A stretch of 61,040 nucleotides of DNA from a bacterium (GTDB taxonomy: Bacteria; Margulisbacteria; Marinamargulisbacteria; JABIPA01), in NCBI GenBank assembly GCA_018699495.1, contig JABIQV010000134.1:1-61040 (forward strand). Direction: 5' to 3'. The position numbers and the translations under genes were made by a program. Shown here piece by piece: positions 31,289 to 43,255 of this stretch; position 1 is the stretch's first letter; the number at the start of each line of letters is the position of its first letter. The notes beneath the pieces were generated by a model. The model made no database searches. It saw only the letters and a list, made by a program, of their open reading frames with translations, and had not been told where the DNA came from.

Positions 31289-33598
31289 ATGACACAATCA
31301 ATTCCGATAATATGGTATCTTGCTCCAGCTTCTTCAATTTTATCACTAATCGTTGCTTACTTTTTAAGTAAAAAGCTTTTATCTGCGGATGAAGGCACGG
31401 ATAAAATGAAAGAAATCGCTGGCTACGTAAAAGATGGTGCTATGGCATACTTAAAACGGCAATATAGAGTTGTTGCGATTGTTGTTGGTATCATTTTTAT
31501 ACTTCTTGGTGTTTTAGCATTTATTGGTGTTCAACGACCCTATGTGCCAATTCTCTTTTTAAGTGGAAGTTTATGGTCAGCTGTTTGTGGTTATTTGGGA
31601 ATGAAAACGGCTACGAATGCATCTGCTCGCACCGCTCATGCGTGTAGAGATTCCTTAAATAAAGGATTAACCATCGCCTTTCGTGGTGGTGCAGTTATGG
31701 GGCTAATTGTTGTTGGATTTGCACTTCTTGATTTATCCATTTGGTTCTTTGTCCTAAATTTTGCTTACGATAGTAATTTTCTAAATTGGGGATCGAATTT
31801 AGCCTTGAAATTAGGTCAATCAAATTGGACTCCAGAGATACTATCAATGCAATCCTATAATACGGTAAAATTTTCAGAATTGACGGCAGGTTTATTAAGT
31901 TATGCGATGGGTGCATCTGTTGTTGCTCTATTTGCAAGAGTCGGTGGTGGCATTTTTACTAAGGCAGCAGATGTTGGTGCGGATTTAGTAGGTAAGGTTG
32001 AAGCTGGAATTCCAGAGGATGACCCTAGAAACCCTGCGACTATTGCTGACAATGTCGGTGATAATGTAGGCGATGTTGCTGGAATGGGCGCCGACTTATA
32101 TGAATCTTATTGTGGTTCCATTCTCGCCGCTACAGCATTGGGGGCTTCTTTAGTACTTTCTCAAAATCTTGATACAATCAACCCAATTATTATGCCAATG
32201 GTAGTGGCTGCTGGCGGGATTCTTTTTTCTCTAGTTGGTATCTTTTTTGTAAAAACAAAAGATGGAGCTAGTCAGCAATCCTTGTTGCACTCTCTTCTTA
32301 TAGGAACAGGAATATCTTCCGTTCTTACTCTTGGATTTGTTGCTTTATTGGCTTACCTAGGTTTCATGAGTTGGGGGGTGTTTGGCGCGGTTATTACTGG
32401 TTTAATTTCAGGTTTAGTTATTGGTCAAGCCACCGAGTATTATACGGCGTGTAATTTTAGTCCCGTAAAAAAAATAGTAGCAGCTAGTTTACAAGGATCT
32501 GCTACAACTATCCTTCAAGGATTTTCAACCGGAATGCTTTCATCTGGAATCCCAGTACTAGTCATTGTTGTTGCTATAATGGTGTCCTTTGGTTTAACAG
32601 GTGGATTTCACGATCTAAACCAAGGGATTTATGGAATTGCTTTTGCTGCGATTGGCATGCTATCCACATTAGGTATACAACTAGCAACTGATGCATTTGG
32701 TCCAATTGCCGATAATGCTGGCGGAAATGCTGAAATGGCCGGATTACCTAGTGATGTAAGAGAAAGAACAGATGCGTTAGATGCTCTTGGAAATACGACA
32801 GCGGCTACAGGAAAAGGGTTTGCAATTGGATCTGCAGCACTTACTGCATTAGCTCTTATTGCTGCATACTTAGATAGTATCAAGCATTGGTTAACAAAGT
32901 TAGCTGGAGACTCTACTCATTACATTGGAAACATTGGATTTACATCAAACAAGACGAATGCCAGCGAGGTCTTTAATATTAATTTCATTGAATCATTAAG
33001 TATAAAAAGTCTTGTTCAAATATTTGAAATAAATGCCGTTAATCCTAAATTTTTGGCAGGTTTATTTATCGGCGGAATGGTTGCGTTTGTATTTTGCGCA
33101 TTAACAATTATTGCTGTAGGTGATGCTGCAGGAGAAATGGTTAAAGAGGTTAGACGTCAATTTAGAGAAATTAAAGGTATATTAGAAGGAACAGCTAAAC
33201 CGGATTATGAGAGATGCATAACAATCTCCACCACAGGTGCGTTGCGAGCTATGTTATTACCATCTCTTCTCGCTATTATTACTCCGATTGTTGTCGGTCT
33301 TGTTTTTCACATTCCCGGAATTATTGGACTGTTAATGGGCGCTCTGTCGACTGGATTTGTATTAGCAATTACGTTAAACAACTCAGGTGGCGCTTGGGAC
33401 AATGCAAAAAAATATGTTGAAACTGGGCATAATGGTGGAAAAGGTACTGATAGTCATAAAGCAACAGTTGTTGGAGATACAGTAGGAGACCCTTTCAAAG
33501 ACACGGCTGGTCCTTCTCTAAATATTCTAATCAAACTTATGACTATCGTTTCTATTGTGTTTGCTGGAGTCATTCTTAAATTTGGATTTTATTTCTAA
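31289..33598 (+). CDS. hppA: Membrane-integral pyrophosphatase, K+-dependent type with a Na+-PPase-like gate signature
   Basis: 769 aa. [82 protein letters not shown] and [30 protein letters not shown]. Confidence 0.95.
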   Translation: MTQSIPIIWYLAPASSILSLIVAYFLSKKLLSADEGTDKMKEIAGYVKDGAMAYLKRQYRVVAIVVGIIFILLGVLAFIGVQRPYVPILFLSGSLWSAVCGYLGMKTATNASARTAHACRDSLNKGLTIAFRGGAVMGLIVVGFALLDLSIWFFVLNFAYDSNFLNWGSNLALKLGQSNWTPEILSMQSYNTVKFSELTAGLLSYAMGASVVALFARVGGGIFTKAADVGADLVGKVEAGIPEDDPRNPATIADNVGDNVGDVAGMGADLYESYCGSILAATALGASLVLSQNLDTINPIIMPMVVAAGGILFSLVGIFFVKTKDGASQQSLLHSLLIGTGISSVLTLGFVALLAYLGFMSWGVFGAVITGLISGLVIGQATEYYTACNFSPVKKIVAASLQGSATTILQGFSTGMLSSGIPVLVIVVAIMVSFGLTGGFHDLNQGIYGIAFAAIGMLSTLGIQLATDAFGPIADNAGGNAEMAGLPSDVRERTDALDALGNTTAATGKGFAIGSAALTALALIAAYLDSIKHWLTKLAGDSTHYIGNIGFTSNKTNASEVFNINFIESLSIKSLVQIFEINAVNPKFLAGLFIGGMVAFVFCALTIIAVGDAAGEMVKEVRRQFREIKGILEGTAKPDYERCITISTTGALRAMLLPSLLAIITPIVVGLVFHIPGIIGLLMGALSTGFVLAITLNNSGGAWDNAKKYVETGHNGGKGTDSHKATVVGDTVGDPFKDTAGPSLNILIKLMTIVSIVFAGVILKFGFYF

Positions 33599-33618
33599 GC
33601 GATGAAGTTAGACCATAA

Positions 33619-36009
33619 ATGATTACTACTCTTTTAATCGGAATTTTGGCCCCACTCGTCTTGGGGCCAGCCTTACTTTTAATATCACCTAAGTTAAAAA
33701 GCAACCTTGGGTGGTTGGCTCTTTTCATTCCGTTAATTTCTATCCTAGCAATAGTAAAAGTCGGGTTATCCGTCTATTCTAATCACGTAATAAATGCAAT
33801 GACACTGTCAATGGACTGGGTGCCAAGCCTTGGGATCAACTTTTCGTTTTTAGTGGACGGTGTCTCATTATTCTTCGGTTTAGTTGTAAGTATTATGGGA
33901 CTATTGGTCGTTCTGTATTCAAAATATTATCTTCATGAAACGGTTCAGGATAACGGCCGGTTTTATTGCTACTTAATGCTTTTTATGTCGGCAATGTTAG
34001 GGACCGTTTTTGCAAACAACTTAATTGTCTTATTAGTATTTTGGGAATTTACTGGAATCACCTCTTTCCTACTAATAGGTTTTTCTCACGAAAAAAAAGA
34101 CTCACGAAGAGGTGCCTTGATGGCATTTATAACGACTGGATTTACTGGACTTCTTCTACTAGCGGGTCTTATTTTATTAACTATCCTTTTTGAAACCTCA
34201 GATTTCTCGAAGATTGTGTCTTTAATTGGCAATAATTCATTAGCCACCATTTTTTCAGCTTCTCAACTACCTTATTTAAAAGCTGCTATGGCATTAATTC
34301 TGATTGGTGCTTTTGGTAAATCTGCTCAATTTCCATTTCAGTACTGGCTACCAAATGCAATGGCCGCACCAACACCGGTCAGTGCGTACTTGCATTCTGC
34401 TGCAATGGTTAAGTTAGGTATATTTCTTACCGTTCGAATGTACCCCGTTTTCAAAACTCTTTCAGGATGGAACGAAACATTACTTTGGGTTGGATTTATA
34501 ACAATGACAATAGGAGGAATATTTTCATTCCTATCAAATGATCTTAAAGGTATTCTTGCCTACACCACGGTTAGTCAACTTGGATTTTTAATCGGGTTCT
34601 ATGGATTAGGAACACTTGGTCTTGAACATGATTTTTTTCAAATTCTAAACCATGTGTTCTATAAGGGGTCTCTTTTTATGGTCGCAGGAATAATTATCCA
34701 CAGTATTGGAACAAAAGATATCCGCAAAATAGGCGGCCTAGCGTCGGTTATGCCATTAACGGCAATTACCGCAACTATAGCTGGATTAAGCATGGCTGGA
34801 ATCCCTGGAACAATGGGGTTTGTCAGTAAAGAAATAATGGTTAGCAAAGTGCTTGAATTGGTAACTGTAAATGGCGGTGGAATTTATTGGCTTTTTCCTG
34901 CTTGTTTATTTATTTCTGCAATGTGCCTGATAGCAACAAGTTTACGATTTATATACCATTGCTTTTATAGAAAAATTCAAGATTCAACTCTTTCGATTCA
35001 CAAGCCAAAACTTATGTTTCAATTACCTCCATTTATGCTGTCATTAGGCGCCCTGTTTCTTGGATTATTCCCAGAAACAGGTGGCCATTTATTAAATCAA
35101 TTAAACTCAGGAATTCATCACGTAAGCCCATCACACCTGGCAATATTTCATGGAATTAATGAACCTTTACTTTTTGGTTTAAGCATAATTACGACAGGTT
35201 TTATATTATTCGCCGTTGCTCAAGCCGTAAATTGGAGATTTACTGGCATTCCTAAATCTTTATTATTTGAAACTCATTTTCTTTCACTGATCAGTGGTAT
35301 TAAACTATTAGGAAAAGAAATTGGTGAAAAATTACATGTCGACAAACAGCAAAACTATCTAACTATCATAATTTCATTTTTTGTTATTGCGTTCTGGTAT
35401 CTAGGTTTTAATACTATATTGTCTACCGTCCTTCCAATTTTCAATCTCGACTATTTAGAACAAGACACCCTTCACTTTATCCACCTCATAGCGGGTAGCC
35501 TGTTAGCTATTTCTTCTATTTGTATTATTGCCGCTAGGCGAACTATCAGCAAATTCATCTCCCTTTCAGTTACTGGGTTTTTAGTTGGTTTTTATTTTAT
35601 GTTGTATAAAGCACCTGACTTAGCACTTACTCAAATGCTAATAGAAGCAGCTGCTCTTGCTCTTGTTCTCATTTTGTTTTCAAAAATGCCTAAGACACTT
35701 AATAAGCCAATAGAGTCTGTAGACTACTTATCATCGGGATTTAAATTAATTATTTCTATCGGATTTGGGGCTATGATGACATCTTTAATATTAGTATCTA
35801 CCCTGCCTTCATCCTTCAAGCACATGGGAAAATACTTCATCGATAACACACTTTCTTTAGCAAAAGGGTCGAATGCGGTAAATACAATTCTTGTTGATTT
35901 CAGAGGCTTTGACACAATGGGAGAAATTACAGTTCTTGTTGTAGCTACCTTAGGTATTTTAGGCATGCTTGCCACCAAAAATAAAAAAATAGGTGCCTCT
36001 GATGATTAA
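33619..36009 (+). CDS. mrpA: Mrp-type Na+/H+ antiporter subunit A (NuoL-like, with a fused MrpB-like C-terminal domain)
   Basis: 796 aa. QFPFQYWLPNAMAAPTPVSAYLHSAAMVKLG. First gene of a seven-gene mrp order. Confidence 0.9.
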   Translation: MITTLLIGILAPLVLGPALLLISPKLKSNLGWLALFIPLISILAIVKVGLSVYSNHVINAMTLSMDWVPSLGINFSFLVDGVSLFFGLVVSIMGLLVVLYSKYYLHETVQDNGRFYCYLMLFMSAMLGTVFANNLIVLLVFWEFTGITSFLLIGFSHEKKDSRRGALMAFITTGFTGLLLLAGLILLTILFETSDFSKIVSLIGNNSLATIFSASQLPYLKAAMALILIGAFGKSAQFPFQYWLPNAMAAPTPVSAYLHSAAMVKLGIFLTVRMYPVFKTLSGWNETLLWVGFITMTIGGIFSFLSNDLKGILAYTTVSQLGFLIGFYGLGTLGLEHDFFQILNHVFYKGSLFMVAGIIIHSIGTKDIRKIGGLASVMPLTAITATIAGLSMAGIPGTMGFVSKEIMVSKVLELVTVNGGGIYWLFPACLFISAMCLIATSLRFIYHCFYRKIQDSTLSIHKPKLMFQLPPFMLSLGALFLGLFPETGGHLLNQLNSGIHHVSPSHLAIFHGINEPLLFGLSIITTGFILFAVAQAVNWRFTGIPKSLLFETHFLSLISGIKLLGKEIGEKLHVDKQQNYLTIIISFFVIAFWYLGFNTILSTVLPIFNLDYLEQDTLHFIHLIAGSLLAISSICIIAARRTISKFISLSVTGFLVGFYFMLYKAPDLALTQMLIEAAALALVLILFSKMPKTLNKPIESVDYLSSGFKLIISIGFGAMMTSLILVSTLPSSFKHMGKYFIDNTLSLAKGSNAVNTILVDFRGFDTMGEITVLVVATLGILGMLATKNKKIGASDD

Positions 36010-36445
36010 TACAAAATCACATATATTAGAAAGTGTCTCTAGACTAATATTTTTATTTATTATAATTTTTTCAATTTACCTATTCTTAAAAGGGCACAAT
36101 GAACCAGGAGGAGGATTTATCGCTGGAATAGCCGCTTCGATTCCTCTTATTTTGTTGGCAATGTCACTTGGTGTGCCCACGGTTCAACGTGTATTAAAAA
36201 TAGATTCTCTAAGTTTAGCCGCCACCGGCCTTATTTTAGCGTACGGCACATCGTTTATACCGACGTTACTCGGGTACCCATTCTTGTTCCAAAAAATGAT
36301 TCATACCCATATTCCTATTCTTGGTGAATTACATATTGGAACGCCTGTTTTGTTTGACCTTGGCGTATTTATGGTTGTTGTTGGGGTTTCTACAAAAATT
36401 ATTTTTAGTTTTTTAGAGACTGTAAATTCAAAGGAAAAGGGTTAA
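35993..36445 (+). CDS. mrpB: Mrp antiporter subunit B
   Basis: 150 aa with 4 TM helices. A likelier start is ATG 36002, which overlaps the mrpA stop (ATGATTAA). Confidence 0.8.
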   Translation: MPLMINTKSHILESVSRLIFLFIIIFSIYLFLKGHNEPGGGFIAGIAASIPLILLAMSLGVPTVQRVLKIDSLSLAATGLILAYGTSFIPTLLGYPFLFQKMIHTHIPILGELHIGTPVLFDLGVFMVVVGVSTKIIFSFLETVNSKEKG

Positions 36446-36450
36446 CTCAG

Positions 36451-36798
36451 ATGTTATTATTTTCTTCAATTATCATTGGGATAATGTTTACTGTAGCTAT
36501 ATACCTTATATTAGAAAATAGGTTATTACCTGTTCTTTTTGGATTTGGTCTTTTAACACACGCTGCCAATCTTGCAATACTGACTATGTCGAAGAACCCT
36601 ATAGGAAAGGTAGCTCCAATTATAAAATCCGGAGTCACAAACTATGTAGACCCTCTGCCACAAGCCCTTATTTTAACAGCAATTGTTATAGGGTTTGGTG
36701 TTACGGCTTTTTTAGTTGTTCTTATTTATCGACTTTATACCGCTTCTGGGACCACAAGAATTGTAACCCTGTTTAATGAGGAAATTAGTACAAAATGA
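36451..36798 (+). CDS. mrpC: Mrp antiporter subunit C (NuoK-like)
   Basis: 115 aa with 3 TM helices. Assigned by position and size. Confidence 0.8.
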   Translation: MLLFSSIIIGIMFTVAIYLILENRLLPVLFGFGLLTHAANLAILTMSKNPIGKVAPIIKSGVTNYVDPLPQALILTAIVIGFGVTAFLVVLIYRLYTASGTTRIVTLFNEEISTK

Positions 36799-38504
36799 TC
36801 CATATGCTTCAATCACTAATAGATAATATAGTAGTTTTGCCATTTTTTATTGCTCTCGTAACCGGATTGGTAGGAATCATATGGAGACGTCCTTGTACGA
36901 GCCGTCGACTATTTTTTTCAATATCTGCGGCAATACAAATGGTCTTGGCTTGGTACCTAATTTTTCTTACTCACAAAGTAAAAATACTTTTTCTTCCTCT
37001 TGGCGCATGGAAGGCTCCGTTTGGTATTTCAATTGCAATCGATGTGTTTGGGAGTCTTTTAATAGGCGTAACAACGATGTTATCCCTATTCGCCATTCTT
37101 TATCTATTTGCAACCACTAAAAAAGACAAAGAGAATTTTCTATTACTTCCATTAATTCAGTTCATGATTGCAGGCATAGTATTGTCATTTTCAACAGGAG
37201 ATTTTTTTAATCTCTTTGTATCGTTTGAAATTTTTTTAATCGCCTCTTACGGACTGCTTACTTTAAAATCTGACGAAAAAAGCATTAAAAATACCTTCCC
37301 ATATTTAGGCGTAAATGTAATTGGGGGAACCTTATTCGTTTTAGGAGCTTCGTTTATTTACGGCATGTTTGGAACCCTTAATTTTGCTGACATATCAGCT
37401 CAAACAAGTAATCTATCACAAGACCCCAAGCTAATTTTAATTGCGTCTTACTTAGTCCTAGTATTTGGAATAAAGGCTGGGTTTTTCCCGTTATTTTATT
37501 GGTTACCACGTTCTTATTCCTGTCTACCTCCTCCTCTTGCTGCTCTTTTTGCTGGGTTACTAACTAAGGTTGGAATATACGCAATTATTCGAACACTAAC
37601 TACTATATTCCCCCTAGGGTTGGTATCCATATACAGTGCTATTGGATATCTATCTATTTTTACCATGGTAATTGCTATTATAATTTCTCTCTCCCGAACC
37701 AATATCCGAGAAATTCTCTGCTATAACTTAATTAGTCACATTGGTTTTTTGATGGCTTCAATTGCTATTTTTAGCCCGATTAGTTTAACCGGTGGAATTT
37801 TTTATATGATGCACCATATGGTTGTCATTGCTTCCCTATTTTTAATAAGTGGATTGATTGTTCAACTAACGAAAACGGATGTTTTGCAAAACGCTGGAAA
37901 CGTATGGAAAACTCACGGATTTGTTGGCCTTTTATTTTTAATTCAAGCACTTTCTCTTGCAGGATTGCCTCCATTTAGTGGATTTTGGGGTAAGTTTTTA
38001 ATCCTGAGGGAAGCCATTCGATTTGACCAACTATCTCTTGCAATTGCAATTGTGCTTGCAAGTATTTTGACCCTCTTAAGTATGATAAGAATCTGGTTTC
38101 ATGTATTTCTCAAGAAAAATGAATCTTTAAAAATTGGGCCCTCCCCCAAGGGATTTAAGAGATCGACTACTGTCGTCTCAATACTAGTTTTATTTTCGCT
38201 AGCAATGGGCGTTTTTAGTAACCCATTTATTAACGCTTCAAATAAAGCCATGACCGGTTTATTAAATAAAACTAGCTATGAGAATAAAGTCCTTGTTTAT
38301 GAACAAACTCTTAAAATGATACCCGTAGATAAAAATGGTCATTCTAAACAATCGTCAGAAAAAAAACAGGTCTCTCCAATCCACAGTCATCCCGGCCAAC
38401 AAAAAACAAAAAACGGCCACCACAAAAACGAAAACTACCAATTAAAGTCTATCCCAAATACTGTTTCAAAAAAGGAGGTACTCGATGGCACTTCTGTACA
38501 TTAA
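36795..38504 (+). CDS. mrpD: Mrp antiporter subunit D (NuoM/N-like) with a hydrophilic His-rich C-terminal tail
   Basis: 569 aa. FPLFYWLPRSYSCLPPPLAALFAGLLTKVGIYAIIR. The last ~75 aa are hydrophilic (SPIHSHPGQQKTKNGHHKNENYQ). Confidence 0.88.
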   Translation: MIHMLQSLIDNIVVLPFFIALVTGLVGIIWRRPCTSRRLFFSISAAIQMVLAWYLIFLTHKVKILFLPLGAWKAPFGISIAIDVFGSLLIGVTTMLSLFAILYLFATTKKDKENFLLLPLIQFMIAGIVLSFSTGDFFNLFVSFEIFLIASYGLLTLKSDEKSIKNTFPYLGVNVIGGTLFVLGASFIYGMFGTLNFADISAQTSNLSQDPKLILIASYLVLVFGIKAGFFPLFYWLPRSYSCLPPPLAALFAGLLTKVGIYAIIRTLTTIFPLGLVSIYSAIGYLSIFTMVIAIIISLSRTNIREILCYNLISHIGFLMASIAIFSPISLTGGIFYMMHHMVVIASLFLISGLIVQLTKTDVLQNAGNVWKTHGFVGLLFLIQALSLAGLPPFSGFWGKFLILREAIRFDQLSLAIAIVLASILTLLSMIRIWFHVFLKKNESLKIGPSPKGFKRSTTVVSILVLFSLAMGVFSNPFINASNKAMTGLLNKTSYENKVLVYEQTLKMIPVDKNGHSKQSSEKKQVSPIHSHPGQQKTKNGHHKNENYQLKSIPNTVSKKEVLDGTSVH

Positions 38505-38961
38505 CTTAATTATTGCTTTCATATGGATGGCCCTATCTTCCACCCCACACCCAGAAAGTCTTGCAATTGGTTATGTTGTTGGCTTTTTAATACTAGCAAT
38601 TTTCGATCAACTTTATAAAGAAGACGCATATGTTAGAAGAACTCTGGGATTTTTAAAGTTTATCTTAATGTTTTTCAAAGCACTTGTTCTATCATCAATC
38701 CAAATTGCAAAGTGCATTATACTATTGCCAAACAACTCTATACATCCAAACTTTATCACGTTTGATGTTACAGGCATGACACCGTTTGAAATAATATTAC
38801 TCACTCACTGTATTACACTTACTCCAGGGACAACATCTGTCCTTGTAGAAGACGACTTTAAGACTATATATGTTCACGCGTTGGCAGCGGATAACCCTAA
38901 GGCAGTCAGAGACTCTATTGAAAACGACTTAAAAAAATATATTTTAGGATTTACACGATGA
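38485..38961 (+). CDS. mrpE: Mrp antiporter subunit E
   Basis: 158 aa. Size, position and the overlap with mrpD fit MrpE/MnhE. Confidence 0.75.
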   Translation: MALLYINLIIAFIWMALSSTPHPESLAIGYVVGFLILAIFDQLYKEDAYVRRTLGFLKFILMFFKALVLSSIQIAKCIILLPNNSIHPNFITFDVTGMTPFEIILLTHCITLTPGTTSVLVEDDFKTIYVHALAADNPKAVRDSIENDLKKYILGFTR

Positions 38962-39239
38962 TAGACATTTATTCACTTCTAATACTTATTCCGCTGGTCG
39001 GCCTCCTTTTTTGCCTCATCCGAATGATAAAAGGGCCTTCTGTTTTTGACAGAGTCCTCTCTTTAGATGGAATTGCTGTTTGTATCGTATCCATTATGAT
39101 TTTACTCTCCATGAAATGGAAAACTCAACTCTATCTAGATTTAATATTGGTCTTTTGTGTTCTTGGTTTTTTCAGTACCGTTGCTTTTTGTTACTATTTA
39201 GAAAAAGTTTATGTAAGCGAAAAGGAGCCAAATGACTAA
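38958..39239 (+). CDS. mrpF: Mrp antiporter subunit F
   Basis: 93 aa with 3 TM helices. Overlapping start (ATGA). Confidence 0.75.
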   Translation: MIDIYSLLILIPLVGLLFCLIRMIKGPSVFDRVLSLDGIAVCIVSIMILLSMKWKTQLYLDLILVFCVLGFFSTVAFCYYLEKVYVSEKEPND

Positions 39240-39546
39240 CACGGAACTATTTTTAACATTACTCGGGTTATCTTTTATCTTTCTGGGTTCTCTTGGGATG
39301 CTTCGTTTTCCTGATGTCTACTGCCGAGCACATGCTCTTACAAAAGCAATGACGTTTGGGATTATAAGCCTATTATTAGCGTATGCTACTTTAATAGGAT
39401 GGGATGAAGTAGGCGTAAAGATTATTGTCATTGTTTTTTTTCAATTTACAACGATTCCATTATCTGGCCATCTTTTAGGAAAAATTGCGTTTAAAAAAAA
39501 TATTTATCGATGGAAAGAAAAACCCGTAGATGACCATAGAAAGTAG
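39232..39546 (+). CDS. mrpG: Mrp antiporter subunit G
   Basis: 104 aa with 3 TM helices. LGSLGMLRFPDVYCRAHA is typical of MnhG/PhaG. Confidence 0.8.
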   Translation: MTNTELFLTLLGLSFIFLGSLGMLRFPDVYCRAHALTKAMTFGIISLLLAYATLIGWDEVGVKIIVIVFFQFTTIPLSGHLLGKIAFKKNIYRWKEKPVDDHRK

Positions 39547-41340
<1,794 letters not shown>

Positions 41341-41348
41341 AAAATCCG

Positions 41349-41399
41349 TTTTCAGACGTGCAATAATCCATAAAAATATATGGTACGCACGTCTGAAAA
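41349..41399 (+). terminator. Hairpin immediately after thiC
   Basis: TTTTCAGACGTGC (41349..41361) pairs perfectly with GCACGTCTGAAAA (41387..41399). There is an inner CCATA/TATGG pairing in the loop. No clean U-tract follows. Confidence 0.5.
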
Positions 41400-41602
41400 T
41401 AGACGCCTTACCTTGAACAGGCAGCAAAATTATCTTGTACCCATAGAAACCAATCGAACACAGAAGTTCTAATATTTACTTTAAGCCCTGAGTGAATCCC
41501 TCTTTTTCTTCCTTATTCTATCTAAAAAAATATTCTATTTTATAAATACTCATTTTGCCCCCTAGATATTTACTTTTTTAATGGCATATACTTAAAAAAG
41601 GT

Positions 41603-43159
41603 ATGTATATTAAAAAAATTACTTCAGTGCCAATTCTTCGCCAACATATTGAATATTTTAACCCGGTTTCAACTAAAAAAAGACCCTATCCAAACGACAA
41701 TATACCTTCAGAAAATCCCCAAAGGTATCCTAAACCTATTCGAATATTGTTACCTTCACAGGAGCCTTTGATGTTGAGGCTTAGCCAGGGATTGTATTTA
41801 TCGTCTAACGTATGTGACTGTTTTCCCATTTTTTTCTCTATGTTACCTCTTCCAGATACGGATAGTCCAAATAAAACAAGCAAAAACATCGAAATAAAAT
41901 ACTGGGATGAGAATGAATTCTTTTATGAGGAAACCTTATCTGGAACTCCGGTACAACGTTGGATCCAATTTATTAGCAAATTTACTCCTGTCAGATATAA
42001 CACCAGAAAGACACCGGACGACACGTACCGATCAGAACAGGGAATCCCTGACGACCATATAAAGAATGGTTACCTTCAGTGTTACCTCGACATACCGTGT
42101 AATGATAATCCGGAAGAAACTCCAGAAAATTTGGAAGTTCATATTACATTCGAACATCATTCCAATAATACAGAAACGTTTTTAAACTCCGCACCAAGCT
42201 GGGCAGAAACACCATCGAACAGAAAAAAAATGCACCCAATCATTACTATTTCTGAATGGAATGAACAAAACACATCTCCCAACATAAATACATTACCAAA
42301 AGATGATCCTGAATTTCTTATTAAGTTTCGGCTCGATTCAGATTTAAGTTGTTGTGAACTTGTTAGCCTAAACAAGGGTCGCCGCCTATCCGGAAATACG
42401 TTAATGACTATTGCTTCCAAACTTACAGGGTTACTGGGGATTAATCGAACTACCTTACATGACGCATCTAAAATAGTCTTTCACTCAACTCATGGCACCG
42501 ATTCAAAAAACAAACCTACTCCCCACAAAATAGAGGTGTCATTAAGACAAATTTTGTCCTTGAAAAATGGAGCATCCTGGTATGAACGATATGGATTCAC
42601 TATTATCCCCTGCAGAAATTTTCAGGGTCCTAAATACAAAGATATTTACCAAGATCCTTATTACTATTCCATGTCGTTAGAAAGGATTAGAAAAACACCT
42701 TTATCTTGGGTAAAAACAATCTACCTGCCATGGTTGGTTGAAACAAAGAGGCTACCCCAAGGGAAAAGAAGTCAATTGAATGAACTTCTTTCTCAAACAC
42801 AATTAAATGAAAAGGCAATGGTTGAGGATCTTATACGTCTTACCCACACGAAACTGAAACGAGATTCCCTTAATCAAAGACCATGGTTAGAGATGTCTCT
42901 CGTCTTTAAAGGTTTACTTACCCACAACGAACTACGCACATCCACAGTCCATCTTGATATATTAAATTTCAATCTCGCTTTAGATATTTTCCACAGCCAC
43001 GTATTGTTTATGAAAGAAGATTCCTCAAACGCTCGCATGCTAAGTGAAAGTGAATCAAGCCCGTCTAATTTTGATAGTACACTAAAAAAACTCAGAATCC
43101 ATTCCCAGACACTTTATAAAAACTGGAAATCCCTGAGACCACACCTAAATTCAATCTAA
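41603..43159 (+). CDS. Lineage-specific 518-aa protein, unknown function (weak GNAT-like motif)
   Basis: Long intact ORF, Pro/Asn-rich N-terminal half. The central block NKGRRLSGNTLMTIASKLTGLLGI...SWYERYGF loosely resembles the GNAT acetyl-CoA-binding motif plus the YEK-GF tail. Confidence 0.6.
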   Translation: MYIKKITSVPILRQHIEYFNPVSTKKRPYPNDNIPSENPQRYPKPIRILLPSQEPLMLRLSQGLYLSSNVCDCFPIFFSMLPLPDTDSPNKTSKNIEIKYWDENEFFYEETLSGTPVQRWIQFISKFTPVRYNTRKTPDDTYRSEQGIPDDHIKNGYLQCYLDIPCNDNPEETPENLEVHITFEHHSNNTETFLNSAPSWAETPSNRKKMHPIITISEWNEQNTSPNINTLPKDDPEFLIKFRLDSDLSCCELVSLNKGRRLSGNTLMTIASKLTGLLGINRTTLHDASKIVFHSTHGTDSKNKPTPHKIEVSLRQILSLKNGASWYERYGFTIIPCRNFQGPKYKDIYQDPYYYSMSLERIRKTPLSWVKTIYLPWLVETKRLPQGKRSQLNELLSQTQLNEKAMVEDLIRLTHTKLKRDSLNQRPWLEMSLVFKGLLTHNELRTSTVHLDILNFNLALDIFHSHVLFMKEDSSNARMLSESESSPSNFDSTLKKLRIHSQTLYKNWKSLRPHLNSI

Positions 43160-43255
43160 AATTATGAGCCCTACAGAAACGTGAACCCCATCAAGGAATA
43201 AATGGAATGTATCGAGGACTTTCAATAAATTTTCATCATTTTTAAATTCAAGCCG

